NCBI GenBank assembly: GCA_963729445.1
Contig: CAVSNU010000005.1
Location: forward strand, 769,615 to 833,614
Length of the DNA: 64,000 nt
Reading direction: 5' to 3'
DNA from: an uncultured Chloroflexia bacterium
GTDB taxonomy: Bacteria > Chloroflexota > Chloroflexia > Thermomicrobiales > CFX8
A model generated the notes under the pieces. The model saw only the letters and a list, made by a program, of their open reading frames with translations. It was not told the DNA's origin and did not search any database. Below, piece by piece: positions 1 through 9,527 of this stretch. Within the stretch, counting starts at the first letter, position 1; each line of letters opens with the position of its first letter. The translations under genes and the position numbers were made by a program.

Positions 1-822
1 CATCTCGGGTGTAACGACCGACCCCGTGCTGAGACCGATAAAGACATCCGCACCCTTGAGAATCTCCTCAAGCGAGCCGCGCCGGTGCTCCCGGTTCGTC
101 TCCTTGGCGAGATATGCCTTGGCCCAGTTCATACGATCCGGGCGACCGGCGTAAATGGCACCGGCACGGTCGCAAACCACGATGCGCTTGAAGCCTGCCC
201 GGTGGAGCAAGCGGGCGACGCCGATGCCGGCCACGCCTGCCCCGGCGATCACGACGCTGGTGTCGTCGATCCGGCGCTCGGTTACTTTGAGCGCGTTGAT
301 CAATCCCCCGAGCACGAGCACGGCGGTGCTGTGGTGCTGGTTGGAAAAGACGGGAATGTTACAGGCCTTTTCCAGATGGTCGGCAATCGTGAAGGCGCGT
401 GGTGTGCTGATGTCATCAAGACAGATCGCGCCGAACGTTGGCGTGAGGGCCGCGACGGTGTCGACGATGGCGAAAGGGTCAAGTTGGTCCAGGCAGATTG
501 GGAAGGCGTCGATCCCGGCGAAGGTCTTGAAGATGACGCTCTTGCTCTCGGCGATTGGTAAGGCGGCTTCGGGCGGACCGCCTGCACTGCCGAAGAGGTC
601 GGAGCCGTCAGTCACGATCGCGACCGTGTTGCCCCGTGATGTGAGGTCGAAGGCGCGCTCCGGACGCTTGACGATCTCCAGACAAGCTTCGGCGACACCG
701 GGTGTGTAGACAAGGCTTAAGATAGAGCGGTCCCGAATCGGAATTTTGCTCCCAACTCCAATGAGGCCATGGAATCGCCGACGGTAGTCAAGTCCTTCGT
801 CTCGTTGTTCGATAACGTACAC
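1..822 (-). CDS. NAD(P)-dependent malic enzyme, N-terminal ~274 codons (3' end runs off the window start)
   Basis: Absent from the ORF track because there is no stop in the window. Hand translation of the minus strand from GTG 822-820, preceded by GGAG, gives ..LSLVYTPGVAEACLEI..GNTVAIVTDGS..FAGIDAFPICLD..NIPVFSNQHHSTAVLVLGGLINAL..VVIAGAGVAGIGVARLL..GADVFIGLS. These are malic-enzyme and Rossmann motifs. Confidence 0.8.
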   Translation of the reverse strand, partial: MYVIEQRDEGLDYRRRFHGLIGVGSKIPIRDRSILSLVYTPGVAEACLEIVKRPERAFDLTSRGNTVAIVTDGSDLFGSAGGPPEAALPIAESKSVIFKTFAGIDAFPICLDQLDPFAIVDTVAALTPTFGAICLDDISTPRAFTIADHLEKACNIPVFSNQHHSTAVLVLGGLINALKVTERRIDDTSVVIAGAGVAGIGVARLLHRAGFKRIVVCDRAGAIYAGRPDRMNWAKAYLAKETNREHRRGSLEEILKGADVFIGLSTGSVVTPEM

Positions 823-992
823 GGATCTCCGCTTCTACATGTTTGCTGGATGGATCGCAACCATTTCTACAACCAGTGATTGTACGACCATGGCTGTAGC
901 TCGTCACCCTGAACCTTCAAGACCGTATTAAAGTCCCAGGCACATGGGCCTCGCATCGCACTGCTCTGGCGGGTTATGTCGAGCGAAACTGG

Positions 993-2540
993 CTAGGTCA
1001 CACCAATATCGACCCGATGATAGCCGGACGCGCCATCAGGGAGCGGGTCGGCGCTCTCTTCGGTCTGGGTCGTGCCCTCCCCGTCAATGGCGCGGACGCG
1101 TAGAGAAGAGGTACCCGCGGCCGGAGGCGTCCACTGGGAGCGCCAGATGACCCAACTCAACGGAGCTATCTGTTCGACGCGATCGACCGCTTGCCAGGTC
1201 TGGCCCCCGTCGGTGCTTACTTGAACCTCTCGGACGCCACGGTCTCCGGCAAAGGCGACGCCGCCGATCTCGACCGGTCCAGGTTCGACGATGGCCCGCT
1301 CGCCGGGGACGTCGAAGCGCGACATGGTCTTGATCGCTGCCTCTTCCGTCCAGCCGCGCTGTTGCCAGTAGCCGCGGAACGTCTCAACGAGCTCGATCCG
1401 GCGCAGCCACTTCCCGTTCTTGATCCCGTACTTGCCGGGCACAATCAGCCGCGCCGGGAATCCGTGCTTGTCGGGTAAGCGCTCGCCATTCAGCATGTAG
1501 GCGATAATCGTCGTGTGCTCGAGCGCCTTGGACAGAGGAAACGAATCGCTGTAGCCGTCGGTGCCGAAGAAGGCCAGCTTCTGCGCTTGCGGACGCACCC
1601 CGGTCAACGCCAGCACGTCAGAGAGTCTGACGCCTGTCCAGTGGCCATTGGAGATCAAATCGCCCCCGATCTCGTTCGAGATGCAGGTCAACGTCGCCGT
1701 TTGCTCGACCGCAGGCAGGCTGAGCAGCTGTTCGTAACTGACCGTTACCGGCCGCTCCACCAACCCTTTGATGTCGAGTGCCCAATTATCGAGGTCAACG
1801 TTGGGATCGATGAAGTTCTTCGAGACCGTATAGAACTCGGGGATCGGCGTCATTGGCGCCGGAATGTTGTTGCTGCCGCCGCCAATTACGCCGGAGCGTG
1901 CTGCGGCGACGAAACGGCCGAGATAGACGACCCCGGCCAGCGCAATGGCGGAGGCACCTAGCCAGCCCAGAAACTGACGACGATGGAGATTGGCCGGCGG
2001 CGCATCGGCTTGCACTTCGCGTGCCGCGAACCATGTGCCGCTGACAAGGGGGTATGTGAGGTGCATCACCAGCGAGAAGACCAGGAAATCAAGGAAGAGT
2101 GTCCAACCGATCGCGACGAGCTCCTGATTGCTCAACGCAACGCTGGTTCCAAATGAGGTGGCGATCAAGGCAAAGATCACCGTTGGCACCCAGAGCAAGA
2201 TCGTGAGCCCCAGGATGCGTCGAGCGCGTCGACGGGTGGACATCGACTCGCTTGGACTCCGCTCGAAACGCGCGACCAACGCGCCGGCCACGACGATGCC
2301 CACGATGACGGCCAGGAGCAGCACAGGTTTGGCGAAACCCTGTAACAGGCCGAGAAGCAGCGAGAAGAGCGAGATCGGCATGACCTGCAGCGTTGCACCG
2401 GCGACGAGCTCCACCAGCGATCGCGTTTCGCTGACATTGCGTAACAGCAGCATGAACACGACCATCGCCAGCCCGGCGATGGCGCCACTCATAGCCAGAA
2501 AACGTCGCGTTTGTTGAGGTGTGGGGTGCGTACCATTCAT
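993..2540 (-). CDS. Molybdopterin-dependent oxidoreductase (sulfite-oxidase/YedY-like fold) with an N-terminal polytopic membrane domain
   Basis: 515-aa ORF. The N-terminal ~190 aa are hydrophobic helices. The C-terminal part reads ..TLTCISNEIGGDLISNGHWTGVRLSDVL..GTDGYSDSFPL..MLNGERLPDKHGFPARLIVPGKYGIKNGKWLRRIELV..YWQQRGW, typical of the Mo-co oxidoreductase family. Confidence 0.85.
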   Translation of the reverse strand: MNGTHPTPQQTRRFLAMSGAIAGLAMVVFMLLLRNVSETRSLVELVAGATLQVMPISLFSLLLGLLQGFAKPVLLLAVIVGIVVAGALVARFERSPSESMSTRRRARRILGLTILLWVPTVIFALIATSFGTSVALSNQELVAIGWTLFLDFLVFSLVMHLTYPLVSGTWFAAREVQADAPPANLHRRQFLGWLGASAIALAGVVYLGRFVAAARSGVIGGGSNNIPAPMTPIPEFYTVSKNFIDPNVDLDNWALDIKGLVERPVTVSYEQLLSLPAVEQTATLTCISNEIGGDLISNGHWTGVRLSDVLALTGVRPQAQKLAFFGTDGYSDSFPLSKALEHTTIIAYMLNGERLPDKHGFPARLIVPGKYGIKNGKWLRRIELVETFRGYWQQRGWTEEAAIKTMSRFDVPGERAIVEPGPVEIGGVAFAGDRGVREVQVSTDGGQTWQAVDRVEQIAPLSWVIWRSQWTPPAAGTSSLRVRAIDGEGTTQTEESADPLPDGASGYHRVDIGVT

Positions 2541-2646
2541 GGTTGAATAGTCTCCAGTAGTTGAACGCAGGCTCCGGCAAGAGCGGGGGACGTCCCGCTC
2601 TCCTGTAGCATCGTTACTATGTATTACGGATCACCGGTTCATAAGG

Positions 2647-2678
2647 TTGACTGGCTATGCAGAGTGTACGTACACTCT
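2647..2678 (+). promoter_or_regulatory. Candidate promoter (TTGACT 2647-2652, 18-nt spacer, TACACT 2671-2676) overlapped by a perfect 18-bp palindrome AGAGTGTACGTACACTCT (2661-2678)
   Basis: Read directly from the sequence. The palindrome ends 8 nt before ATG 2686, so that start would be nearly leaderless. An alternative start is ATG 2719, preceded by GGAGAGAG. Confidence 0.35.
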
Positions 2679-2685
2679 ATAGCAG

Positions 2686-4402
2686 ATGCCTCATGATGCC
2701 GAACGACCGGAGAGAGATATGGCAGCGCTTCCCAGACCCGTCAGCGACGCACCCTACCCGCTGAGCTCGAAACCGCCGGTCATCAAGCTGCTCACCAGCG
2801 AATCGGCCAGTAATCCGTTCGCCCTGACGATCGCGGCGGCCTGGTCGTGCTACGGTTCGCGGCCGGCCAAGGTTGAGAATGTCCTGAAACTGATGGATCC
2901 CAGCCTGGACGGCGGAGACGAGCTGCGTCCGGCGCGCCGTTCACGAGCCGAGCGTCTGTACCGTGACCTATTCGAGGCGGGTCACCACACGACCTTCCAG
3001 CACGCGAATTTTGTATTCGTACTAGATGGTGTTTCGCGCCTGGCGATCTGGTCCTTTTTCCACCATCACCCGCACTACAATTCGGAGCAAGTGAGCCAGA
3101 GATACCGCGAAGTGTCGGGGAAAGTGATGGTCACACCCGACCTGACTGACCGGCAGGAGGCCGTCTATCGCGCGGCGATGGAGCGCGCCCTCCAGGGGTA
3201 TCGCAACCTCAACGACCTGCTGACGCCGGACGTTACCGCTCGCTACAGCGCCGTCTTCCCGGCACGGGCCAAAGCGAAGGGGGCCGATGCTGAGGAGCGA
3301 CTCGCGTCAGCCGTTCAGAAGAAGACGCAGGAAGTGGCTCGTTATGTCCTGCCATTGGGGACTCCTGCCCACCTCTACCACACGATCAACGGACTCACGC
3401 TGCTGCGCTACTACGTGCTGGCAAACCAGCTCGATGTGCCCGCCGAGGTGCGCTACATCGTGAACCAGATGGTGGCGGAGGTGCTGAAGGTTGACCCGAA
3501 TTTCCTGGGCGGGCCACAGTTCCCGCTGGATCTGCAGATTCTCGGGATGCCGGACACGCTTGAGTACGAGGTCCTGGCAAACCTGCAGGATGCCATCCAA
3601 CAAGACCCGGGCGAGAGCATTCTTCGAGGAGTTCGACGCACAGCTGAACGGCCTCGATTCGCGGCTGGCGAGCTACGACCCGCAGTCCGAGCGCGTGCTG
3701 GCCGACGCCGTGCGCGCGGTGCTTGGGAAGTCCGCTGACGAGCTACCGGACGGCGCGGCGTTGGCGGCCGTCCTCGACCCAGCCCAGAACCACTACCTCG
3801 GGCACCCGCTCTTCCTGGCGATGAACAGCAAGTTGATGCAGACGCTGACGCATGTGAGCTTCACGTTCCAGAAGCGCATCAGCGGTGCTGAGGAAGCGCA
3901 GAACCAGCGCCACCGAGGCACGCTCTCCTCGAGCCCGATTCTCTCCGCGCATCTGCGGCGTGACCCGGATGTGATCGTGCCCTACGACGTGCAGCGCAGC
4001 GAGGCCGCCCTTGAGGAGTATCACGCGACCGTGCAGGCGCTCTGGGACGCCAAGAACATGCTCCTGGACGATGGTGTTGAGCCGGAGAAAGTCCTCTATC
4101 TGCTGCCGAACAGTCACCACGTGCGCTTCTACGAGACAGGCACACTGCTGAGCTACTACTGGAAGTGGGTCAAACGGCTCTGCTTCAACGCCCAGCGCGA
4201 GATCTTCGACTCCGCGTACCAGGAAACCCAGCAGGTCAGCCGTGTGCTGCCGGAGATCGGCACCTACATCAGCCGCCCGCCGTGCGTCGTGCGCTCGGTC
4301 GCCGGTACCAAGCCGTTCTGTCCGGAGGGCGAGCGCTACTGCGGGATTCCTGTCTGGCGCGACTACTCACCGGACACCATTGTGCTGCGGCGAGTGCTCT
4401 AG
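2686..4402 (+). pseudogene. Two-domain ThyX-like (FAD-dependent thymidylate synthase family) gene, interrupted by a +1 frame change near 3610-3618
   Basis: ORF 2686..3738 carries ..GHHTTFQHANFVFVLDGVSR..HHHPHYNSEQVSQRYRE... ORF 3491..4402 in the next frame carries ..FTFQKRISGAEEAQNQRHRGTLSSS..YYWKWVKRLCFNAQREI... The sensible sequence switches frame between ..LANLQDAIQQDPGE and AFFEEFDAQLNG. Removing one base around 'gagAgca' (~3616) joins them. Confidence 0.6.
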
Positions 4403-4429
4403 AGCGACATATCCCTCACTCATGAGCTC

Positions 4430-4467
4430 ACAACGCCCCGGCCCGATCGAACGGGCCGGGGCGTTGT
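4430..4467 (+). terminator. Hairpin with a perfect 16-bp stem (ACAACGCCCCGGCCCG / CGGGCCGGGGCGTTGT) and a 6-nt loop, downstream of the ThyX-like gene
   Basis: Read from the sequence 28 nt after the stop codon at 4402. There is no clear U-tract. Confidence 0.6.
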
Positions 4468-4686
4468 GTGGATGACCGTGACGGGAGACGGGATCGATGC
4501 GACGCGCCGGACGCCGGATTCCTGCTGCCGTCGATCGAGTATCCAGAGAGTCAAGAAGAGAAGCGCTCATCCCCCGATCCGTGCTGCAAAATGGCCTTGT
4601 GCTCGATATGATTATAAGTAGTGTGCGAGATGTCCCCGCTGCTACTCCACCTCTAGCGTTTCATCATCAACGGAGGGAGTCGAGTC

Positions 4687-5274
4687 ATGGCGAACAAGGC
4701 CGTCGTCGTTATTGACATGCTCAACGATTTCGTAACCGGGGCGTTGGCGAATCCCAGAAGCCAGGCAATCACCCCGAACATTGCCGACTTGCTGCGTGAG
4801 GCACGCGAACGCGGTTGGCTGGTGGTCTATGGCAATGACGCTCACCTGCCTGGTGATCCTGAGGAAAGAGTCTGGGGCGCGCATGCCCTCGCCGGCACCC
4901 CGGGTGCTGACGTCATCCCCGAGCTTGCGCCACAGCAGGGCGATTTCGTGCTGCCGAAGCGGTTCTACAGCTCGTTCTATGAGACCGGATTGAGCTCGCT
5001 GTTACGTCAATACGACGTCGGCGAGGTGATCCTGACCGGCCAGCACACCAATATCTGCGTGCGGCACACGGCCTCAGACGCCTTCAACAGCGGTTTTGCG
5101 ATTACCGTGCCGCGCGACGCCGTGGCGATGTTCGAACAGCCCGGCATGAGTGACCAGGAGTACGAGCAACTCCAGGAAGAGGCCCTCACCTACCTGACAA
5201 ATGTGTATGGCGCGCAGATCACGACCGCTCGTGAGATTGCTGAGCGTGCTGTTCCCGAAACAGCCCACCCTTAG
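4687..5274 (+). CDS. Isochorismatase-family cysteine hydrolase (nicotinamidase-like)
   Basis: 195 aa with a GGAGGGAG RBS upstream. Contains ..AVVVIDMLNDF..GNDAH..KRFYSSFYETGL..LTGQHTNICVRHTASDA.. (catalytic Asp/Lys/Cys pattern). Confidence 0.85.
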   Translation: MANKAVVVIDMLNDFVTGALANPRSQAITPNIADLLREARERGWLVVYGNDAHLPGDPEERVWGAHALAGTPGADVIPELAPQQGDFVLPKRFYSSFYETGLSSLLRQYDVGEVILTGQHTNICVRHTASDAFNSGFAITVPRDAVAMFEQPGMSDQEYEQLQEEALTYLTNVYGAQITTAREIAERAVPETAHP

Positions 5275-5401
5275 CAGCTGCGCTCGCATTGGACCGCGAT
5301 AGAGGTCCGCTCGTATGCGTGGTGCCTGTAGAGACAGATGGTACGATGATTCCATTGGGACCCTGGCCAATTTTGGCGCGGAGCGAGGGAGAAGAACCAA
5401 C

Positions 5402-5848
5402 ATGGAATTTAGCGGCGAAGAAATGATCAAGGCACCACGCGAAGCTGTTTGGGCCTTCCTGATGGACCCTCACAGAGTGACCGAGTGTGCGCCCGGGCTC
5501 CAGAGTGTCGAGGTAATCGACGAGCGTCACTTCAAGGCCACGGTACGTGCCGGCGTTGGCATGATCAAAGGCACCTTCAATTTCGACATCGAGTGGCAGA
5601 ACATTGTCGAGCCAAGTCACGCCGAGATGGTCGCCAAGGGCAACGCCGCGGGCTCAGCCGTGGAGCTGCAGAGTACCATGGATCTCGACGAAGATGCCGA
5701 AGGAACGTTGATGAAGTGGTCGGCGAACGTGCGGGTGAGTGGCAAGCTGGCCGGTGTCGGTGGCCGGTTGATGAACCCGGTCGCCGACCGCATGATCAAG
5801 GATATCTTTGGCTGTATTCGTTCAAAACTCGAAGTCGCGAATGCGTAG
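5402..5848 (+). CDS. SRPBCC-fold protein, CoxG-like (carbon monoxide dehydrogenase subunit G family)
   Basis: Internal start MEFSGEEMIKAPREAVWAFLMDP..VSGKLAGVGGRLMNPVADRMIKDIF.. within ORF 5315..5848. Confidence 0.7.
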   Translation: MEFSGEEMIKAPREAVWAFLMDPHRVTECAPGLQSVEVIDERHFKATVRAGVGMIKGTFNFDIEWQNIVEPSHAEMVAKGNAAGSAVELQSTMDLDEDAEGTLMKWSANVRVSGKLAGVGGRLMNPVADRMIKDIFGCIRSKLEVANA

Positions 5849-5877
5849 GCTCCAGTGCCGCCGGTGAGTATCAGAAC

Positions 5878-5905
5878 GGGCCGGTGCTTCTGCCGGCCCT
5901 TTTCT
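5878..5905 (+). terminator. Rho-independent terminator: GGGCCGG/CCGGCCC stem, 8-nt loop, then a TTTTCT tract
   Basis: Read from the sequence 30 nt after the stop at 5848. Confidence 0.7.
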
Positions 5906-6108
5906 GTGCTCATGGACGACAACCCGACGGGTGAAAAGTCCACTCGGGTGGATCCTCGCCTGCTTCCCCTGTGCGCACACGTTGCCCTGTAAGGCGAGGA
6001 TTATGTCGCCTTGTGATCTTGCGCTACTGCCGTCAGTCGCAGTATGGTACCCGCGGCCCCAATGACCGCAGCGACAGCCGGAGCCTGATTCCCTGTAAGG
6101 AGCGATAG

Positions 6109-7221
6109 ATGACTGGAATGCCACCGGTTCAACCCCGTTCCAGGGAGATGGAGATCGTGCGGGTGCTGTTCGATCGGCATCTGCTGGATCGCGCCGTTCA
6201 TCTCGCCGAGGCGCGCTGGGCTGGCTCCGGCGAGGTGGTCCAGTTAGCCTATGCCTGGCCCGAGCTTGAGCCGAGCGAGCGACGCCAGCGTCTTGAAGAG
6301 ATCGGGCCTCAAAAGCTCGCGCAGTTCCGTGCATTCGCGGATCTCCATCCGGAGCTGGCCCAGGTCATCGACACGCTCGAGGCTCAGGGTGCCCTTGCTC
6401 CAGAGTCCGAGCTCGTCGAAGTAACACCTGATTCCGTCTCCTCCGAACCGGTGAAACCAGAGCCGGCTGTCTCTGACGAGGGGGCCGGCCTGCCGGATCC
6501 CGAGCTGTCCACCGGTTTCGAGGAGCGGGACCTCGCCCAGGCACCCGAATTAACCGAGACCGAGCTCCCGTTGTTAGAGAGCGTCGCTACGGACGTTGTG
6601 GACCTGCACGAGGAGATTACCGACTTTGCGGTAGTCGCACAGGAGCGACGCGCCGAGCAGCTGGCGACGGGTGCGGAGACGCTTGAACGCGTGCGCGCAC
6701 GACTCGATGCAGCCGCGCGCCGGATCTCCCCTGCCCCGCTGCTCGGAAGCCTGTCAGCGAGCCAGTCGGGTTCTCGCTTGACGGCGCCCACTCATTCCAC
6801 GCCTGTCACGGCGTCGCCCGCTGCCGAGGTCGGCGAGGGGCGCTTCACGCCCCCGCCTGCGTACTGGCTCAACCGGCTCAGAGAAGAGCAGGTCGTCGTC
6901 GCGGACGGGCGTGCTCTGCCGCCGTCAGACGACGAGTTGGTGGCGCTGGCGAACGAGCTGGGTCTTGGGTTGGCCGAGTTCATGCTTGAGCCCGGCACCA
7001 CACGGGCCGTGTTTGGTGGGCTGGTGCGCAACGGGACCGTGGTTGAGGCGTCAGCCGGACCCCTTCCAAGCGCGTTGGCGGGCCACATGCTGGTGGTGGT
7101 ACGAGGCAGGCTGTTCGCGAAGCAGCTTGAGAGGCTGCGCCGTGGAACGTGCGACATACCGGGCACGAAGGCGACCGTGCGGTTGAGCCCTGCGAGCAAG
7201 CTGGTCGTCATTCCGCAGTAA
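6109..7221 (+). CDS. Hypothetical protein, acidic and Pro/Glu-rich in the middle; no family recognised
   Basis: Longest ORF, and its codon third-position GC bias fits the + frame. The overlapping minus ORFs are Ser/Arg/Ala-rich shadows. The start could be 6109 or 6148 (MEIVRVLF). Confidence 0.5.
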   Translation: MTGMPPVQPRSREMEIVRVLFDRHLLDRAVHLAEARWAGSGEVVQLAYAWPELEPSERRQRLEEIGPQKLAQFRAFADLHPELAQVIDTLEAQGALAPESELVEVTPDSVSSEPVKPEPAVSDEGAGLPDPELSTGFEERDLAQAPELTETELPLLESVATDVVDLHEEITDFAVVAQERRAEQLATGAETLERVRARLDAAARRISPAPLLGSLSASQSGSRLTAPTHSTPVTASPAAEVGEGRFTPPPAYWLNRLREEQVVVADGRALPPSDDELVALANELGLGLAEFMLEPGTTRAVFGGLVRNGTVVEASAGPLPSALAGHMLVVVRGRLFAKQLERLRRGTCDIPGTKATVRLSPASKLVVIPQ

Positions 7222-7240
7222 CGCGAACGCGCGCAAAAAG

Positions 7241-7266
7241 ACGCGGGGCCGAATCGGTCCCCGCGT
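7241..7266. terminator. Hairpin ACGCGGGG..CCCCGCGT flanked by CAAAAAG and GTGTGTT; a second hairpin GTGACAT-agca-ATGTCAC followed by TTTTT lies at ~7281-7305
   Basis: Read from the sequence downstream of the stop at 7221. Confidence 0.5.
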
Positions 7267-7640
7267 GTGTTCGCTGTTAGTGTGTGACATAGCAATGTCA
7301 CTTTTTCGCCGGCAATGCTGCCGGTATCCATCTGCAGTATTCAATTTATGTTGTTTGCTGGCCGTTGAGCGCTGAGGGGCGATCCGTTTCCGAACCTATC
7401 TTGGCAAGCCAGTGTTCGTCTTCTGAGGTGGATGCCAGAATCAGACGCGCGGCCGCGATTTAGCCTCAAGGAGTGGGCAGCGAACCCAGAGCGAGTGGGA
7501 ACTGCCCATTGCGCCACGATACCGTGTCACTCGCCCAACCTCCTCTCACATGAATCGCTCGACTGACTACGACTCAATGATATCGATGACAATTAGCAAG
7601 TGCAAGATCGTACATTTTGTCACAATCGTTATGTCACCTA

Positions 7641-9017
7641 CTAGCTCAACAACGCTTCTTCTTGCATGAGCGCCAGTGTTCTGCTGAAGGCATTCACGGT
7701 CAGATCGATATCCTCCTGGGAGTGCGCGATGGAGGTGATGCCCCGGCTGTTGAAGAGCGCTACCCCTTCGAGCAGCATGCCGACATTTAACGCGGTGGCC
7801 AACGGGCCGGACGTAGCTTCGCGGCCAGCGGGAGCGCCCTCAATCGGCCGGACCAGGTCGCTAGCCGGCGGGAGCTCGTCTCCGCCGAGAGCAACCCGGA
7901 ACATCGAGGCCGCTCCATACACGCAGCCCGGCACTTGTGCATCCCGCAAGGCGGCGTTCATGCCGGTGCGAATCGCCGCAGCCGAGGCGTTTGCCCGTTG
8001 CTGGGTCTCGGGATCGGCGACGAGGCCCATGCAGGCCACGCCTGCGGCGGCTGAGAGTGGGTTGGCGTTGTACGTGCCTGGGTGGACGATCTTGGCTCGT
8101 CCGCCCCGCGCCTCGGGATCGAAGGAGAGCGTGTCGATGATGTCGCCGCGACCGACAACCGCACCTCCGGGCAAGCCGCCTGCGAGGATTTTCGCCAGGG
8201 AGGTTATGTCACCATGAGCTCCGTAGTACTCCTGGGCACCGCCCGGCGCCCAACGGAATCCACTGACGACCTCATCCACGATCAGGAGGGTGCCGGTCTT
8301 TTCGGTAGCCTCACGCAGGAATTGCAAGTAGGCTGCAGGGTCGTCAAGCGTAAAGAAGCTCGGGTGGCTGGTTTCGATGATGACCGCGGCGACTGTCTCA
8401 TCGCGTAACCGCTCTTCCACCTGTGCGTAGTCGCCGCACGGCAGGACGGTCGCGAGTGACTGCAGGGCGATGGGGAGCCCGGGCGAGCCCTGCCCGCCGA
8501 AGGCGCTGTCGCTCCAGCCGTGAAAATGGGTCGCGAACTGGATGAGGTGCGTCCGTCCGGTGAAGTTGCGAGCCAGCCGGATGGCGAGCATGACCGCCTC
8601 GGTGCCCGAGGAGGTGAAGCGTACTTTCTCTGCGCCGGGCACGATCTCGCAGACTCGCTCGGCCCACTCAAGCTCAAGGACGCTGTTGCCGCCCAGATGG
8701 GTACCGAGCTGGAGCTGAGTCTGGACGGCATCGATGACGGCCGGGTGATTGTGGCCGAGGATGAGCGACCCGTGGCCCGTGACGTAATCGACATAACGAT
8801 TACCATCGGCGTCCCACTTGTAGGCGCCCTCGGCGCGGGTGACGCACAGGTTGAACGGGTCGAGGTGCCGACTGTCGTGCGTGATCCCGCCCGGTAACCG
8901 GGTTACGGCGCGCTCGATGTGCGCGGCGGACGCGGGGTGGCGCTGGATGTAGTTGGCGAGAATGGAGCTTTGCTGGACGGCCCGGCTAATTTCCTGTTGT
9001 GTCTGGCGTGAGAGCAT
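7641..9017 (-). CDS. Class-III (PLP) aminotransferase, glutamate-1-semialdehyde aminomutase-like
   Basis: ..DYVTGHGSLILGHNHPAV..FTSSGTEAVMLAIRLAR..LIVDEVVSGFR..SLAKILAGGLPGGAV... Start chosen at ATG 9017 because AGGAGG lies just upstream. The ORF itself extends to 9065. Confidence 0.85.
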   Translation of the reverse strand: MLSRQTQQEISRAVQQSSILANYIQRHPASAAHIERAVTRLPGGITHDSRHLDPFNLCVTRAEGAYKWDADGNRYVDYVTGHGSLILGHNHPAVIDAVQTQLQLGTHLGGNSVLELEWAERVCEIVPGAEKVRFTSSGTEAVMLAIRLARNFTGRTHLIQFATHFHGWSDSAFGGQGSPGLPIALQSLATVLPCGDYAQVEERLRDETVAAVIIETSHPSFFTLDDPAAYLQFLREATEKTGTLLIVDEVVSGFRWAPGGAQEYYGAHGDITSLAKILAGGLPGGAVVGRGDIIDTLSFDPEARGGRAKIVHPGTYNANPLSAAAGVACMGLVADPETQQRANASAAAIRTGMNAALRDAQVPGCVYGAASMFRVALGGDELPPASDLVRPIEGAPAGREATSGPLATALNVGMLLEGVALFNSRGITSIAHSQEDIDLTVNAFSRTLALMQEEALLS

Positions 9018-9148
9018 ACGTCCTCCTGCTGTTGATTCCGCGACGGTTTCCGCACACGCTAGCACCGTTGCCTAGGTCTGGCAAGAGGGGATGAACATGC
9101 CCCGCCAGCGTAGCGCCGGCGGGGCGGGACTGTTCGAGGAGGGGGCGT

Positions 9149-9355
9149 TTAGCCGGCGATTTCGTAGCCTGCTTCGTCCAGTCCAGCCACGAGCTGCTCG
9201 TCGCTCACTTCACCGTTGTGCCGGATGGTAACGATCTTGCTGGCGATATCAACAACGACTTCGTCGACGCCGTCGATCTTGCTCAGCTCGCCGCGAATAG
9301 CCGCGACACAGTGGTCGCAACTCACATCCGGTACTCGAAACGTCTTCTCTGTCAC
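9149..9355 (-). CDS. copZ: Heavy-metal-associated (HMA) domain copper chaperone
   Basis: 68 aa: MTEKTFRVPDVSCDHCVAAIRGEL..VTIRHNGEVSDEQLVAGLDEAGYEI. CxxC metal-binding loop with a ferredoxin-like layout. Confidence 0.8.
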   Translation of the reverse strand: MTEKTFRVPDVSCDHCVAAIRGELSKIDGVDEVVVDIASKIVTIRHNGEVSDEQLVAGLDEAGYEIAG

Positions 9356-9435
9356 GGGTGCTCCTTACGTCTGCTTGAATCCGCGCCTCGGGAGTGGCTC
9401 CACCCAGGTGGACCCGCTCCCGGACTCGCCGCAAG

Positions 9436-9452
9436 TATACCCCATGGGGGTT
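9436..9452. promoter_or_regulatory. C4-N2-G4 palindrome TATACCCCATGGGGGTT resembling CsoR-type copper-repressor operators
   Basis: Lies ~80 nt upstream of the copZ start, in the copZ / 9528 divergent region. The similarity to ATACCCC..GGGGTAT-type operators is from memory. Confidence 0.35.
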
Positions 9453-9527
9453 CCCTGGACGCTACTCAATGGCCAATTAGCGTAGGATAGCAGGGGTGTA
9501 GAAGGCGTATCAGTTGAACGAGTTGAC

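Noticed and set aside
3600-3625. Frame changes as programmed ribosomal frameshifts
   Set aside because: I saw no slippery heptamer or downstream pseudoknot-like structure at any site. The affected genes (transporters, hydrolases, CoA enzymes) have no known recoding.
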